From: Nemertoderma westbladi
Taxonomy: Eukaryota > Animalia > Xenacoelomorpha
Reading direction: 5' to 3'
DNA: 64,000 bases
Assembly (NCBI GenBank): GCA_032718475.1
Contig: JAUCBJ010004350.1
Location: 1-64,000, forward strand
Part shown: positions 37,929-51,300 of the stretch, piece by piece
How positions within the stretch are numbered: position 1 is the first letter of the stretch
Layout: the number at the start of each line of letters is the position of its first letter
The notes under the pieces: model-generated
Told to the model about the DNA's origin: nothing
The model's database searches: none
The model's input: the letters and a program-made list of their open reading frames with translations, nothing else
Translations under genes and position numbers: made by a program

Positions 37929-40900
37929 TTTGCAACACAGTGTACACTTTTGGAGACGATGTAGATGTTTACTGGAAGGGAAAGTGGTGGTCTGGCGGGA
38001 CTATTCGAGCTGTTCACGAGAAATCCGTAAGCATATCGTTTCCAAAACTATTGTACCACGGTACCAAGTGGGTACACCCCCAATGCTACCAAAAGAACAA
38101 AGTTCGACATTCTCCCCAGGATAAGGTATTTACAGGTAACAGTTCACATTCGCAACGTTTTCTGGGATTCACCGATTCAGAATTGCCTCCCATAGAATCC
38201 GTTGTCACGCAGATGACCCCCTTAGCTACTGTTAGTGCCCATTTATCGCCCATTGTGTATTCCAGTGACCAGGACCTTCCCATGGAAACCGTTGTCATGC
38301 AGATGGCCCCCTTAGCTACTGTTAGCACCCATTTATCGCCCATTGCTATCACCAGTGACCAGTATCTTCCCATGGACACCGTTGTCACCCAGATTACACA
38401 CTTAGCTACTGTTAGCCCCCATTTATCGCCCATTGCTATCACCAGTGACCAGTATCTTCCCATGGAAACCGTTGTCACCCAGATGACCCCCTTAGATACT
38501 GTTAGCGCCCATTTATCGCCTATTGTGTATTCCAGTGACCAGTATATTCCCATGGAAACCGTTGTCAAGCAGATGACCCCCTTCGCTACTGTTAGCACCC
38601 ATTTATCACCCATTGCTATCACCAGTGACCAGTATCTTCCCATGGAAACCGTTGTCACGCAGATGGCCCCCTTCGCTATTGTTAGCACCCATTTATCGCC
38701 CATTGCTATCACCAGTGACCAGTATCTTCCCATGGAAACCGTTGTCACCCAGATTACCCCCTTGGCTACTGTTAGCGCCCATTTATCGCCCATTGTGTAT
38801 TCCAGTGACCAGGACCTTCCCATGGAAACCGTTGTCATGCAGATGACCCCCTTAGCTACTGTTAGCGCCGCCCATTTATCGCCCATTGCTTGACCCCCTT
38901 AGCTACTGTTAGCGCCCATTTATCGCCCATTGCTATCACCAGTGACGAGTATCTTCCCATGGAAACCGTTGTCACCCAGATGACCCCCTTAGCTACTGTT
39001 AGTGCCCATTTATCGCCCATTGTGTATTCCAGTGACCAGAACCTTCCCATGGAAACCGTTGTCATGCCGATGACCCCCTTAGCTACTGTTAGCACACATT
39101 TATCGCCCATTGCTATCACCAGTGACCAGTATCATCCCATGGAAACCGTTGTCACGCAGGTGACCCCCTTAGCTACTGGTAGCACCCATTTATCGCCCAT
39201 TGCTATCACCAGTGACCAATATCTTCCCATGGAAACCGTTGTCACGCAGGTGACCCCCTTAGCTACTGTTAGCACCCATTTATCGCCCATTGCTATCACC
39301 AGTGACCAGTATCTTCCCATGGAAACCGTTGTCACGCAGGTGACCCCCTTAGCTACTGTTAGCGCCCATTTATCGCCCATTACGTATTCCAGTGACCAGG
39401 ACCTTCCCATGGATACCGTTGTCATGCAGATGACCCCCTTAGCTACTGTTAGCACCCATTTATCGCCCATTGATCATATCGAGGTTGATGTCCAGGATAA
39501 CACTGTGGAAGTTGATTATAGTGGTTTAAACAGTTATGCAACTTTAATGAGTTGTTTTGACAGTCTTCCACTTGAAAACGGACCTGGTTGGTCAAATATA
39601 TGTCAGCCCTGCACTCTGGATAGAGATGCTCTGTCTGATTTGTTCCCTGACATTGACGTTCTCCCTGTTGTACATTTTGATCCTCTCTACCATTTAACAA
39701 CTTCGCATTTGCCAACTATTGAGAGTAATACTCCTGAAGTATGTACACAAATTGTTGAAACAACCAATGATAGGGAGGTCGTATTTCTCAAATGGAGACC
39801 AATGACGCAGAGGTTGGTATTTCTCAAATTGAAAACATCACTGAATCCTCTGTACTTGGCGCTAATAAAAAATCCGCTCGGAATAGGAGTGCAGAAGCCA
39901 AAGCATCCCATTTTGCTGAGAAACACCCCTTGCGCACTGTTGGTTGCAGCAATAAATGCAAATTGAACTGTTCTGCTAAAATAAATTACAGCAGAAGGGA
40001 AACAATATAGAAACAATTCGTTCATAAAGGATATGTAGAGAAAAAGCAAATGTTGATGAATTTCACAACTAGAAAAATTACAAAAACCATGAAGCGTAAA
40101 AGATTCTCTGCCTCTTACTCTTTTTCAGATGAAAACGGGTGCAATCACAAGATTTGTCAACGATTTCTTTTATCCACATTAGGATACAAACCTAACAACA
40201 ACGAAGTGTTCAGAACTCTGTTCACATTGCCCCCAGATGAACTTACCCATCCTGAAGATTACCGTGGAACTCATCATCCCCTACGCAATGTTGATGAATC
40301 AATCATTAAGCAACATGTAGAATCGTACAACCATGAATCATCTCACTATCGTTCAGCTCATGCTCCTAATAGACGTTACTTACCATATGAATTCACAGTT
40401 GTCAATCTTCATAACGATTATAATAACAGTCATCAAGATGAAGATAAGGTATCATACAGTATAGCAAGTATTTTAAGGTTTTTAAGAATATGAATATTAG
40501 CCTAACCCGTTTAGGTAATGAGGAGTGTATTCGGTGCGATGAGTTTGAGTTGCATCAATGTTTCCAAGCGGGTGCAGATTGTATAGACAATAACATGCAA
40601 GACAATATACCGGATTGTGAAAAATGCACTGAGCACATTGACAATCTAGCTCGTGCTAAAGTCTCACGTGAAATATACCAAAAGGACGCCTCAAGTAATG
40701 CGGCAGATGATTCAACAACAATAGTGTCTGCAGATTTGCAGAAAGTTATAATGCTGCCAATCCTCGAAATGTATAAGGAAGTCCAATTTGTGCGTCGCAT
40801 TATAGCTTACCTCGAGTGTTTTGTGCCATTGGGTAAGGATAGGGATAATACTGAAGTATTTTCTGCTGTGTGGCACGAAGGTATCACTGGTCGAAATGAT

Positions 40901-41543
40901 GAAGACATAGCTAGCATATTTTACAGCTACCTGAAAGGAAATCAAACACCGAAGTCAAAGATTTGGCTAGACAATTGCAGTGCTCAAAATAAAACTACAC
41001 ACTGTATAGCTCCATTCTTCTCTTTATACATACCCTAACGGTTAATTCCATTGAAATGTGGTATTTCGAGCCACACCATTCATTCATGAGTGCGGATAAC
41101 TTGCATCGTCTAGTCAATAAAGAAATTGGAGAGATGAAGAAAGTCTTTAATTTCGATGACTTTGCTTTTTGTGTAAAAAAGGCTGGGAAGGACTATCTGT
41201 TGTAAAGGAAATGGGTATCATCGACTTTTACTATTTACCTAACAACATTTCTACATCTGCACTTCGGAAAGCGAGAGATATTGGGAAGTTCCCATATCTA
41301 AGTAAGATATGCGCTGTGAAATTTGAGAAGGCCTCACCCGACGTAATCTTTTACAAGACTTCGTATCACCAGCTGGATTGGGGTTCAATAAATATCCTCA
41401 AACGGCGTAATCTGAAACCATTGCCACCTCCGCGCACCGCTAAAGGGGTATCGACAATCAAAGATTACTTAACCTATTAGACAAACTTGATCGTGATTCC
41501 ACAACACAAACTCCAATTCTGGAACAACTTAGCTGAACCATGA
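37929..41543 (+). pseudogene. Frameshifted Sola1-like DDD transposase with N-terminal Tudor-like segment and 30-aa repeat tract
   Basis: Successive ORFs give KICQRFLLSTLG, ESSHYRSAHAPNRRYLP, C..C, ADLQKVIMLP, WHEGITGRNDEDIAS, IWLDNCSAQNK, YFEPHHSFMSADNLH; several frameshifts and stops. Confidence 0.8.
38185..39472 (+). repeat. 90-bp coding-type minisatellite (about 14 units, LPMETVVTQMTPLATVSAHLSPIAITSDQY)
   Basis: Periodic translation of ORFs 37940-38893 and 38890-39966; one truncated unit at about 38890 breaks the frame. Confidence 0.9.
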
Positions 41544-42200
41544 ACTTACTACTTGATAATACAAACTAACCTATAGATAGACCATAAAATACTATATTTT
41601 CTCTTATGATTTTAGGATGTTTAAAAATACTTTGAAGCTTCACATTTGTTTCTAAGTACAACATACCCAACCAACTTTGTATATTTTGACAATATTATTT
41701 TAACAAATTGTATTATTTTGACAATATTCTATGCATTTATTCTGATTTTTATTTCCTTGTAGAATAAATAACAATATTTCATATTTCACCTTATACATTC
41801 AATTTATGAGTTTCACGAAAAATTAAAAAACGGATGTGTTAAATAGAATGAGAGAGATAGGAAAGGCACGTAAAATAAACCTTAAATAATTTCAAATTTG
41901 AAAACACTGTATGTGTACCAGCTTGTAAAATAACGTATCAAAAACACTGTATCTGAAATTTCAAAGATAAAGGTATATGTCAAAACACTGTATGTATTTT
42001 CTAAAATAAAATGCTTAAGGCTATGAAAATTAATTAATTTAAAATAATAACCAAAAAAATTCCCCGGTTTTCCTCTTCCCTGTGATATAAAAATCACCTG
42101 ATCTTGACTTATCAGATCATTACAATTTGGATTGAAAGTCTTTTCAATTTTACTCGAAACGCTTTTTTTCGATATACAGTGTTTTACCATACAACGGCAG

Positions 42201-43715
42201 CATAGATTGTTGAAAGATATTTGCCAGTGGTTGAGAAAAGGTGCTAGACAGTTCTTTGAGCATGATAGGGAAAATACCATCGGGTCCAGGTGCACTCGAT
42301 GTCTTTATTTTATCAATGGCCTCTGAAACAATAGTTGGGTTAAAATAGACTGTCGTTAATTCCGTTTTGTATGTTGGTGTATACTGCACTGTGGGGATAT
42401 CTTTGTTTTCAATTGTCGACATAGAGTGGGCTAGTGGTTGTTGAAAACTGTAGCTTTGCCTTTGTTATCAGTGACCAGAATACCATTTGTATCGATCAAA
42501 TCAAACACCGCCGGTTTTATTATTCGCTTTGTGTGGATGTATTTCCAGAATTCTTTGGGATTCGTTGCTGCATTCTGGCATTTGAGGCTGTAGTTTTTTC
42601 ATATTGAAATTGCGCTAGTCGGATAGATGTGCAGCATCTGTTTCTGGAACGTTTGTAATTTTCGTAGCTGATGGTTGTTTGTTTGCGTTTGTAAGTGTCC
42701 CATAGCTTCCTCTTTTCCTTGATTTGTCTTTTAATCCCAGTATTTAACCACTTTGGATGTTTGGATTGTTTCTTTCAATGAGTTGATTGTGGTATATGTT
42801 TGTTACACGAGGCAATTAGCTTACCGTAGAGTGTGTTCCAGGCAGATTGAGTATCCATTTCACCTTGTATTGTTTCCAAGTTTTCAGCTGAAAGATCAGC
42901 CGAACCCGAAATGGCGGGGAAGTTAGCTTTGAAAATATTGGTTGGGGTCTCTTGGGATTCTTAGGTTCTATCGAACTCAACCTTATATCGAATTCCAAAA
43001 CTATGTGGTCGTGGTCGCTGGCTCCCAAGGCTGGATGATAGTTTGGAGGGTCCACTGAATTCTCGTCGTTTGTTAGTATTAAATCCAGAGTCCGTGGTGT
43101 TTGTCTGTGTCGATAACGTGTAGGTTTGTCGACCAACTGGGTCATGTAATTATCTTGTATGCACGTTAGGATAGAGTTTTCACAAGGGTTACTCGAGGAT
43201 AGTTGTCCCCAATCGGTATCTGGCATGTTAAAGTCCCCAATTATAACTAGTTCAGACTTTTTGTTTGACGAGCACCTGAAGTTTAATAAGTTTTTGAGAC
43301 TGTCAAAGTTGTCATAACTTGGGCTGCGATATAAACAACATAAAATGAGAGGCACTGGTGACTCCTTAATTCTAATACACACTGATTCCAGACCATTTTT
43401 TCCTTTCGTTTGATCATTTATTGATTGTAGAGAAGGTGTGTGTTCGTTACATTCAACTGACTGTTTTACAAATATTATAATACCTCTTGAGCAAGATGGA
43501 TACTTTAGATTCGAATATAATTTATCATAGTTCTCAAGTTTATAAGGATGCATTATCAATGTCTAGGTTATAGTACTTTGGTAGCGATTTAGTATTGCGA
43601 TAATGTCTGGTACTGGTAACAAGTTGGATGCAGTCGACTCCAATTCACCAAGTTTGTTAATCAAATTATCAGCATTAGTATATGCAACCTTTAATATGTG
43701 TTTTTTGTGTACCTA
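42201..43715 (-). mobile_element. CR1-like LINE ORF2, 5' part (APE endonuclease and pre-RT region)
   Basis: VAYTNADNLINK, GIIIFVK, LYRSP, IIGDFNMPDTDW, PTRYR..TLDLILT, SDH, SAPGPDGIFPIMLKEL. Confidence 0.88.
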
Positions 43716-43783
43716 TCATAGTTGGAGTTGGTGCAGAGAGTCTACAGTTGGTGGGTAGTATTCAATCAATGTAAATGACTAGG

Positions 43784-45597
43784 ATCAGCATCAATGATGC
43801 TGATGACAGCAGGCAATCATCCCAGGCATGGAAATCGATCAATCTGCTTACTGGGCGGAAAAGCCAACCAACCACCAAGGTTAAGGCTGAATCACCAGCC
43901 GATCGCCTCAATGGTTGGAAAGCCCACTTTGAAAAGCTCCTCAATAATGACAAGGTATTGCCTGATAACTTTATAGAAGTAAAAGTGTCTGAGTCTGTAC
44001 TCCCAGATATTCCCATTGGCGATATCTCCTTTGCAGAAGTGAAGGCTGCTGCAAAGAGCATTAAGACCAATCGTGCCAGTGGAGTAGATGGTGTTCCCCC
44101 TGAGGTCTTTAAAATACCTGAGTGTTTAAAGCTCATCTATCCCATCATAGTAGACATGTACCGAACAACAAGAGTCCCACAAGAAATGAAAACAAATAAG
44201 TTGGTGCCAGTTCCCAAGAAGGGCAACCTAACACTCTATGGTTCTTTTCGGGGAATCTCATTGATCTCGATTGCTGCAAAGCTATACAATAGGATTCTAT
44301 TAAATTGCATCAGGGATCCCATTGAGAGACTGCTCCGTGGAAATCAGAATGGGTTCCGTAAAGGTCGTGGGACCATGGAGCCCATTTTGGCACTTAGAAG
44401 GATAATTGAAGAATTATCAAAAAAGAAAGACAGGCATCTGGCTGTTATCTTTGTTGACTTCTTCAAGGCCTTTGATTCAGTCTCTCGCTCACGTATGTTC
44501 AGCATACTTTCATTATATGGGATTCCTGATGAAATTATTGCAGCAATCAGATCAGTATACGATGGTTCGACAACATTTGTGTCTACTGTTGATGGTGACA
44601 CAGAACCATTTGAAGTGTTATGGGGCGTCCTCCAAGGAGACACACTTGCACCATTCTTGTTCATTATTGTGGTTGATTATGTTCTACGCATGTCCTTAGA
44701 TCATCATAATGATGATGGGGTGATGATAACTCCACCTACTGGCTCCAGAAGTCGAGGAAATCCTGCCAAGTACCTAACTGATCTAGACTTTGTGGATGAC
44801 TTAGGAGTACTCTCAGAATCATTAGAGGGAGCCCAACGGCTCCTCAGCTCATTAGAACATGCTGCTTCTAGTGTTGGTCTTTTTATTAACTCCAGAAAGA
44901 CCAAAATTCTGACAGTTAACTTTGAAAGTCCTCAGCAAGTCTCTGATCGGATGAGCATAACCTCAAAGGATGGTATGCTTGAGCATGTGGACGACTTCTG
45001 TTACCTGGGATCATGGATCCGGAAGTCAGGTGAGGACCTTCGAATACGTAAGGGAAAGGCATGGGCAGCCTTGAATAGGCTTTCCAGGATTTGGAAGTCA
45101 CCGAGAATTAATCGGAAACTTAAGGTCCGGTTATTTAGAGCAGCAGTAGTTCCAGTACTCCTCTACGGGAGTCCATGCTGGGCTCTAACTGCTGAGGACA
45201 CCAAATCTCTTGATGGCACATTTACAAGAATGCTACGCCGGGTTCATTGTGTCAAGTACAATGCACACATCTCCAACCAGACACTATATAACATTGGAGG
45301 TGTCTCATTGGTTCCCCCAAGCTTGACACTAGAACAAAATCGCCTCCGCTTTGCAGGACATTGCTTTCGCCGTGAGGAGCAGCCAGTGCATAATCTTGTA
45401 CTTTGGCAGCCTCATAAGCATGGTGGACAGCCCATGACTTTCTTGAGACGCATCTTAAAGGACACTGGCCTTAAAGATGAGGATGATCTAGCAAATGTCA
45501 TGGGTGATAGGGAGTTGTGGCGGTGCAATTTTGTTGACAAGCCGGCACAGCATTCTTAAAAATGCAGCTGCAATGCAGCATGCCGATCCTAGTAGTA
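43784..45597 (+). mobile_element. 5'-truncated RTE-like LINE (copy 2) with an open RT frame, (TAG)n tail, 13-bp TSD GTAAATGACTAGG
   Basis: 594-aa ORF with RT motifs (ASGVDGV, QNGFRKGRGT, FVDFFKAFDSV, GVLQGDTLAPFLF, FVDD); TSD at 43771-43783 and 45598-45610. Confidence 0.92.
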
Positions 45598-46619
45598 GTA
45601 AATGACTAGGCCTACCGGCAGACAGGTCAGCCGGTAGATGAAGTGAAGAAATAATAAAATGAGCGAGTAACAGAGCAATACGTTTAATTAGGCCTTTAGT
45701 TCTGACGAAGTGACAGAAAATCTGTAGCGAAACGTTACCAGTTACAGTCACTTCGTCATAAAGCAGTAAAGACATTCAGACACTGAGACACCTCGTTTCC
45801 CTACACAATACAATCCAGCAATCGTTCATCACAATCAGACAATCACAATCGACACCTCGCTCATCTGTCAGTCTGTGTGTCGAAGTGACTTGTGTCGAAA
45901 TGGCAGTGTACAGGTGTAAGAACACCCCTTTCAACCTTTCGACGCAATCAAAAGACTAAAAGTCGACGCAAATAACATATGATTGAGCACAACAGCACAA
46001 AAATAAAAATCTAGGCCTAACCTGCAGACCTGTATTATTGTACTAGCATGGTTCTGGATCTGTTTCATTTTCTCGAGGTATAGAGCACATGCGAAGGCGA
46101 TTTGGATTGGGCAATTATGGGCATTTCGAGAATTTCGTCCTTTGATGCAGTTTCATTGCGCTGCCAGCAGACACAGGATCCCCACGGTCTCCAGCATTTG
46201 GCGGTAGTGCACAATAACTTATATGGTGGTATCCGTTGGACAATACAGTAATACAGAATACAGACATACTGTACACACAAAATACCCATAATACACATAA
46301 TACCCATAATATAGTTTTTTTTATACAAATCTTTATCATATTGCTTGAAATTTGAAATACAACTAAAAGTCTATTTTTTAAATTTGGCTGCAGCTTATTT
46401 TTGGCCATAACTTCGCGAGTTTTGATTGAACGGGGCTGATTTTGGGTTCATTCTGTTCGGAATATAACGATTTTATTCAAATCCACGTCCAATTTTAAGA
46501 TTTTATTATGTTTTCTCATTAAAAAACGCGGAAATTCTTTTAAATATTGTCTTCCAACATTCCAGATTTTGCACTGTAATAGCTGATTTCAAAAATATAT
46601 TGGTTTAAGGGTTTTTATT

Positions 46620-46880
46620 TCGCAGCTTGGTCTAGTGGTGACATTACTGTGCTTCCGATTAGGGAGCCCGGGTTCGATCCCTAGATGGGGCAGTACTGTT
46701 TGGGCACAGTGCTTTAAATGCTGCAGCCTAGCCCAACCCCGGCTTTCATCCTTCAGTGGTTGATAAATGGGAACCAAGGCAACTTGGAAAACAGAGTGGA
46801 AGGGTTTACTGTGGAAGATCACCCATGGTGGTGAACAGGCATTCCTTAGCTTAACGAGCCTAAAAGATTCTCCCATTCAT
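46620..46880 (+). mobile_element. tRNA-derived SINE, family B
   Basis: A box TTGGTCTAGTGG, B box GGTTCGATCC, central CTTTCATCCTTCAGTGGTTGATAAATGGGAACC related to the family A core. Confidence 0.75.
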
Positions 46881-47959
46881 TTCGCAGCATTGCAATTGCA
46901 ACTTCGTTGTTTTTCAGAAATTATTATAGGAATCGTTTAATATTTAGTAAGGCGTGGGGGGGGGGGGGGGGGGGGGCGTGGTATAATTATAACAGATTAG
47001 ATTTATTTTTAATATTTCAAGGAAACCTATTCCATTTGTGGCAGCAGGACGGACAATTGTGGTTAGAGATACTTTTTGATCGATGTCATTATAATGAGTA
47101 GGCCTACGTTAACAAATATTATTACAAAATATAAGTTCTTATCGCTTTCTATCGCGTTATTTTGATAACTTGGCATTGAGATTCTTTACAGTTGCAGTAC
47201 TATTTACAACTGGACGGTATCTCTATCTACTGTATGTTCGTTCAAACATCCCAAAAGAATGCAACTTAAGATACAGATCAACAATTAATTCCATAGGTTT
47301 GTCTGTTGCTATGGAAACTTTCCACCATATCTAACCATATTGTTGAAAGGCAATTAGTTTTTTAACGATTTTAACTGAGTTGTATATTTACACGATTCCG
47401 ATAAATTTAAGAAAAACAGCGATTAGGATGAATTTGAGACTAATTATTGCGATGCCGCTATATCAATAAAACCTCTAAACCCATATATTTTTGAAACCAC
47501 CAATTGTTGCTCTATAAGAGTGCAAAAGGTCGAATGTTGAAACACAATTTTTTAAAAATAGTGTTTTTTTCACAACGTTTTTGGATGAGAAAACATAATA
47601 AAATCATAAAATTGAACGTGGATTTGAATAAAATCGTTATATTCCGAACAGAATGAGCCCCAAATCACCTCACTACGATCAAAACTCGCGAAGTTTTATG
47701 GCAAAAAATAAGCTGCTGCCTAATTAAAGAAATGGACTTTAGTTCAACTCACCGTCGTTCAGTTGTCCCCATTTAGCCGGAATTTTAGATTTTGCCTTAA
47801 ATTTTTTATAAGCGTTTTAACTTGTATCTTTTTCGAAATTGCACCCTTCGTGTCACCGCCAATCTTCACATTAATCGTGAATTATTTATAAAGCTTATGT
47901 ATAGCCAGCCCCCCCCCCCCCCCCCCCCCCCCCACGTTTCCGATGAATGCTGTGTGATT

Positions 47960-48228
47960 TCCAAATTCTGGAAAGCCCATTCAATGCTACCCTAGCCTTT
48001 CCCTTACGCATGGGAGAATTAGGATCCATGATTAGAGGTAACAGAAGTCGTCCACATGCTCAAGCATACCATGCTTGAGCTTGCTATGAATTATGAGGTT
48101 GACTTATGCTCATACGATCAGACATTTCGTGAGGACTTTCAAGGTTAACTGTCAAAATTTTGGTCTTCTTGGAGTTAACAAAAAGACCAACACTAGAAGC
48201 AGCCTGTCCTAATGAGCTGAGGAGCCGT
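47960..48228 (-). mobile_element. Older, diverged fragment of the same RTE-like LINE
   Basis: Reverse complement resembles 6230-6490 (SSLGQAASSVGL...GMLEHVDDFCY), with many substitutions and indels. Confidence 0.75.
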
Positions 48229-48394
48229 AAGGATACCCAAAGGGAGCATCTATTGGACATACTTTCTGCAAAATTTAGCCTTAGGTTGGAATTGTACTGA
48301 GTGTTCCATAATTATTGCCCCCCCCCCCCTGGTCAGCCAAAACTGCCAGACATGTACTTCAAAAATGTGCATGATTGTTTGAGATATTAGAAAC

Positions 48395-51300
48395 TTTGTG
48401 CCTGAGCAGTGTTCCTACCAGGTATTTTAACTCAGTTTGTGCCTGAGCAGTGTTCCTACCAGGTATATTAACTCAGTTTGTGCCTGAGCAGTGTTCCTAC
48501 CAGGTATATTAACTCAGTTTGTGCCTGAGCAGTGTTCCTACCAGGTATATTAACTCAGTTTGTGCCTGAGCAGTGTTCCTACCAGGTATATTAACTCAGT
48601 TTGTGCCTGAGCAGTGTTCCTACCAGGTATATTAACTCAGTTTGTGCCTGAGCAGTGTTCCTACCAGGTATATTAACTCACTTTGTGCCTGAGCAGTGTT
48701 CCTACCAGGTATATTAACTCAGTTTGTGCCTGACCAGTGTTCCTACCAGGTATATTAATTCAGTTTGTGCCTGACCAGTGTTCCTACCAGGTATATTAAC
48801 TCAGTTTGTGCCTGAGCAGTGTTCCTACCAGGTATATTAACTCAGTTTGTGCCTGAGCAGCGTTCCTACCAGGTATATTAACTCACTTTGTGCCTGAGCA
48901 GTGTTCCTACCAGGTGTATGAACTCAGTTTGTGCCTGACCAGTGTTCCTACCAGGTATATTAACTCAGTTTGTGCCTGAGCAGTGTTCCTACCAGGTATA
49001 TTAACTCAGTTTGTGCCTGAGCAGTGTTCCTACCAGGTATATGAACTCACTTTGTGCCTGACCAGTGTTCCTACCAGGTATATTAACTCAGTTTGTGCCT
49101 GAGCAGCGTTCCTACCAGGTATATTAACTCACTTTGTGCCTGAGCAGTGTTCCTACCAGGTATATGAACTCACTTTGTGCCTGACCAGTGTTCCTACCAG
49201 GTATATTAACTCAGTTTGTGCCTGAGCAGTGTTCCTACCAGGTATATTAACTCAGTTTGTGCCTGAGCAGCGTTCCTACCAGGTATATTAACTCACTTTG
49301 TGCCTGAGCAGTGTTCCTACCAGGTATATGAACTCACTTTGTGCCTGAGCAGTGTTCCTACCAGGTATATTAACTCAGTTTGTGCCTATATTAACTCAGT
49401 TTGTGCCTGAGCAGCGTTCCTACCAGGTATATTAACTCACTTTGTGCCTGAGCAGTGTTCCTACCAGGTATATGAACTCACTTTGTGCCTGACCAGTGTT
49501 CCTACCAGGTATATTAACTCAGTTTGTGCCTGACCAGTGTTCCTACCAGGTATATTAACTCACTTTGTGCCTGAGCAGTGTTCCTACCAGGTATATTAAC
49601 TCAGTTTGTGCCTGAACAGTGTTCCTACCAGGTATATGAACTCAGTTTGTGCCTGACCAGTGTTCCTACCAGGTATATTAACTCACTTTGTGCCTGAGCA
49701 GTGTTCCTACCAGGTATATTAACTCAGTTTGTGCCTGACCAGTGTTCCTACCAGGTATATTAACTCAGTTTGTGCCTGAGCAGCGTTCCTACCAGGTATA
49801 TTAACTCACTTTGTGCCTGAGCAGTGTTCCTACCAGGTATATGAACTCACTTTGTGCCTGACCAGTGTTCCTACCAGGTATATTAACTCAGTTTGTGCCT
49901 GAGCAGTGTTCCTACCAGGTATATTAACTCAGTTTGTGCCTGAGCAGTGTTCCTACCAGGTATATTAACTCAGTTTGTGCCTGAGCAGTGTTCCTACCAG
50001 GTATATTAACTCACTTTGTGCCTGAGCAGTGTTCCTACCAGGTATATTAACTCAGTTTGTGCCTGACCAGTGTTCCTACCAGGTATATTAATTCAGTCTG
50101 TGCCTGACCAGTGTTCCTACCAGGTATATTAACTCAGTTTGTGCCTGAGCAGTGTTCCTACCAGGTATATTAACTCAGTTTGTGCCTGAGCAGCGTTCCT
50201 ACCAGGTATATTAACTCACTTTGTGCCTGAGCAGTGTTCCTACCAGGTGTATGAACTCAGTTTGTGCCTGACCAGTGTTCCTACCAGGTATATTAACTCA
50301 GTTTGTGCCTGAGCAGTGTTCCTACCAGGTATATTAACTCAGTTTGTGCCTGAGCAGTGTTCCTACCAGGTATATGAACTCACTTTGTGCCTGACCAGTG
50401 TTCCTACCAGGTATATTAACTCAGTTTGTGCCTGAGCAGCGTTCCTACCAGGTATATTAACTCACTTTGTGCCTGAGCAGTGTTCCTACCAGGTATATGA
50501 ACTCACTTTGTGCCTGACCAGTGTTCCTACCAGGTATATTAACTCAGTTTGTGCCTGAGCAGTGTTCCTACCAGGTATATTAACTCAGTTTGTGCCTGAG
50601 CAGCGTTCCTACCAGGTATATTAACTCACTTTGTGCCTGAGCAGTGTTCCTACCAGGTATATGAACTCACTTTGTGCCTGACCAGTGTTCCTACCAGGTA
50701 TATTAACTCAGTTTGTGCCTATATTAACTCAGTTTGTGCCTGAGCAGCGTTCCTACCAGGTATATTAACTCACTTTGTGCCTGAGCAGTGTTCCTACCAG
50801 GTATATGAACTCACTTTGTGCCTGACCAGTGTTCCTACCAGGTATATTAACTCAGTTTGTGCCTGACCAGTGTTCCTACCAGGTATATTAACTCACTTTG
50901 TGCCTGAGCAGTGTTCCTACCAGGTATATTAACTCAGTTTGTGCCTGAGCAGTGTTCCTACCAGGTATATGAACTCAGTTTGTGCCTGACCAGTGTTCCT
51001 ACCAGGTATATTAACTCACTTTGTGCCTGAGCAGTGTTCCTACCAGGTATATTAACTCAGTTTGTGCCTGACCAGTGTTCCTACCAGGTATATTAACTCA
51101 GTTTGTGCCTGAGCAGCGTTCCTACCAGGTATATTAACTCACTTTGTGCCTGAGCAGTGTTCCTACCAGGTATATGAACTCACTTTGTGCCTGACCAGTG
51201 TTCCTACCAGGTATATTAACTCAGTTTGTGCCTGACCAGTGTTCCTACCAGGTATATTAACTCACTTTGTGCCTGAGCAGTGTTCCTACCAGGTATATTA

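Larger units (their letters stand above)
36024..42200 (+). mobile_element. Sola1-like DNA transposon (6.2 kb), about 36-bp TIRs, 4-bp TSD CATA, inserted in a CR1 LINE
   Basis: TIR CTGCCGTTGTATGGTAAAACACTGTAT(C/A)TCGAAAAA at both ends; CATA at 36020-36023 and 42201-42204; removing the element restores the LINE frame ..IFQQSM|DSATVP... Confidence 0.88.

Noticed and set aside
43775-43783. ATG of the 594-aa RT ORF as a real start (domesticated RT)
   Set aside because: The ATG lies in the target-site duplication of a 5'-truncated LINE, so it is fortuitous.
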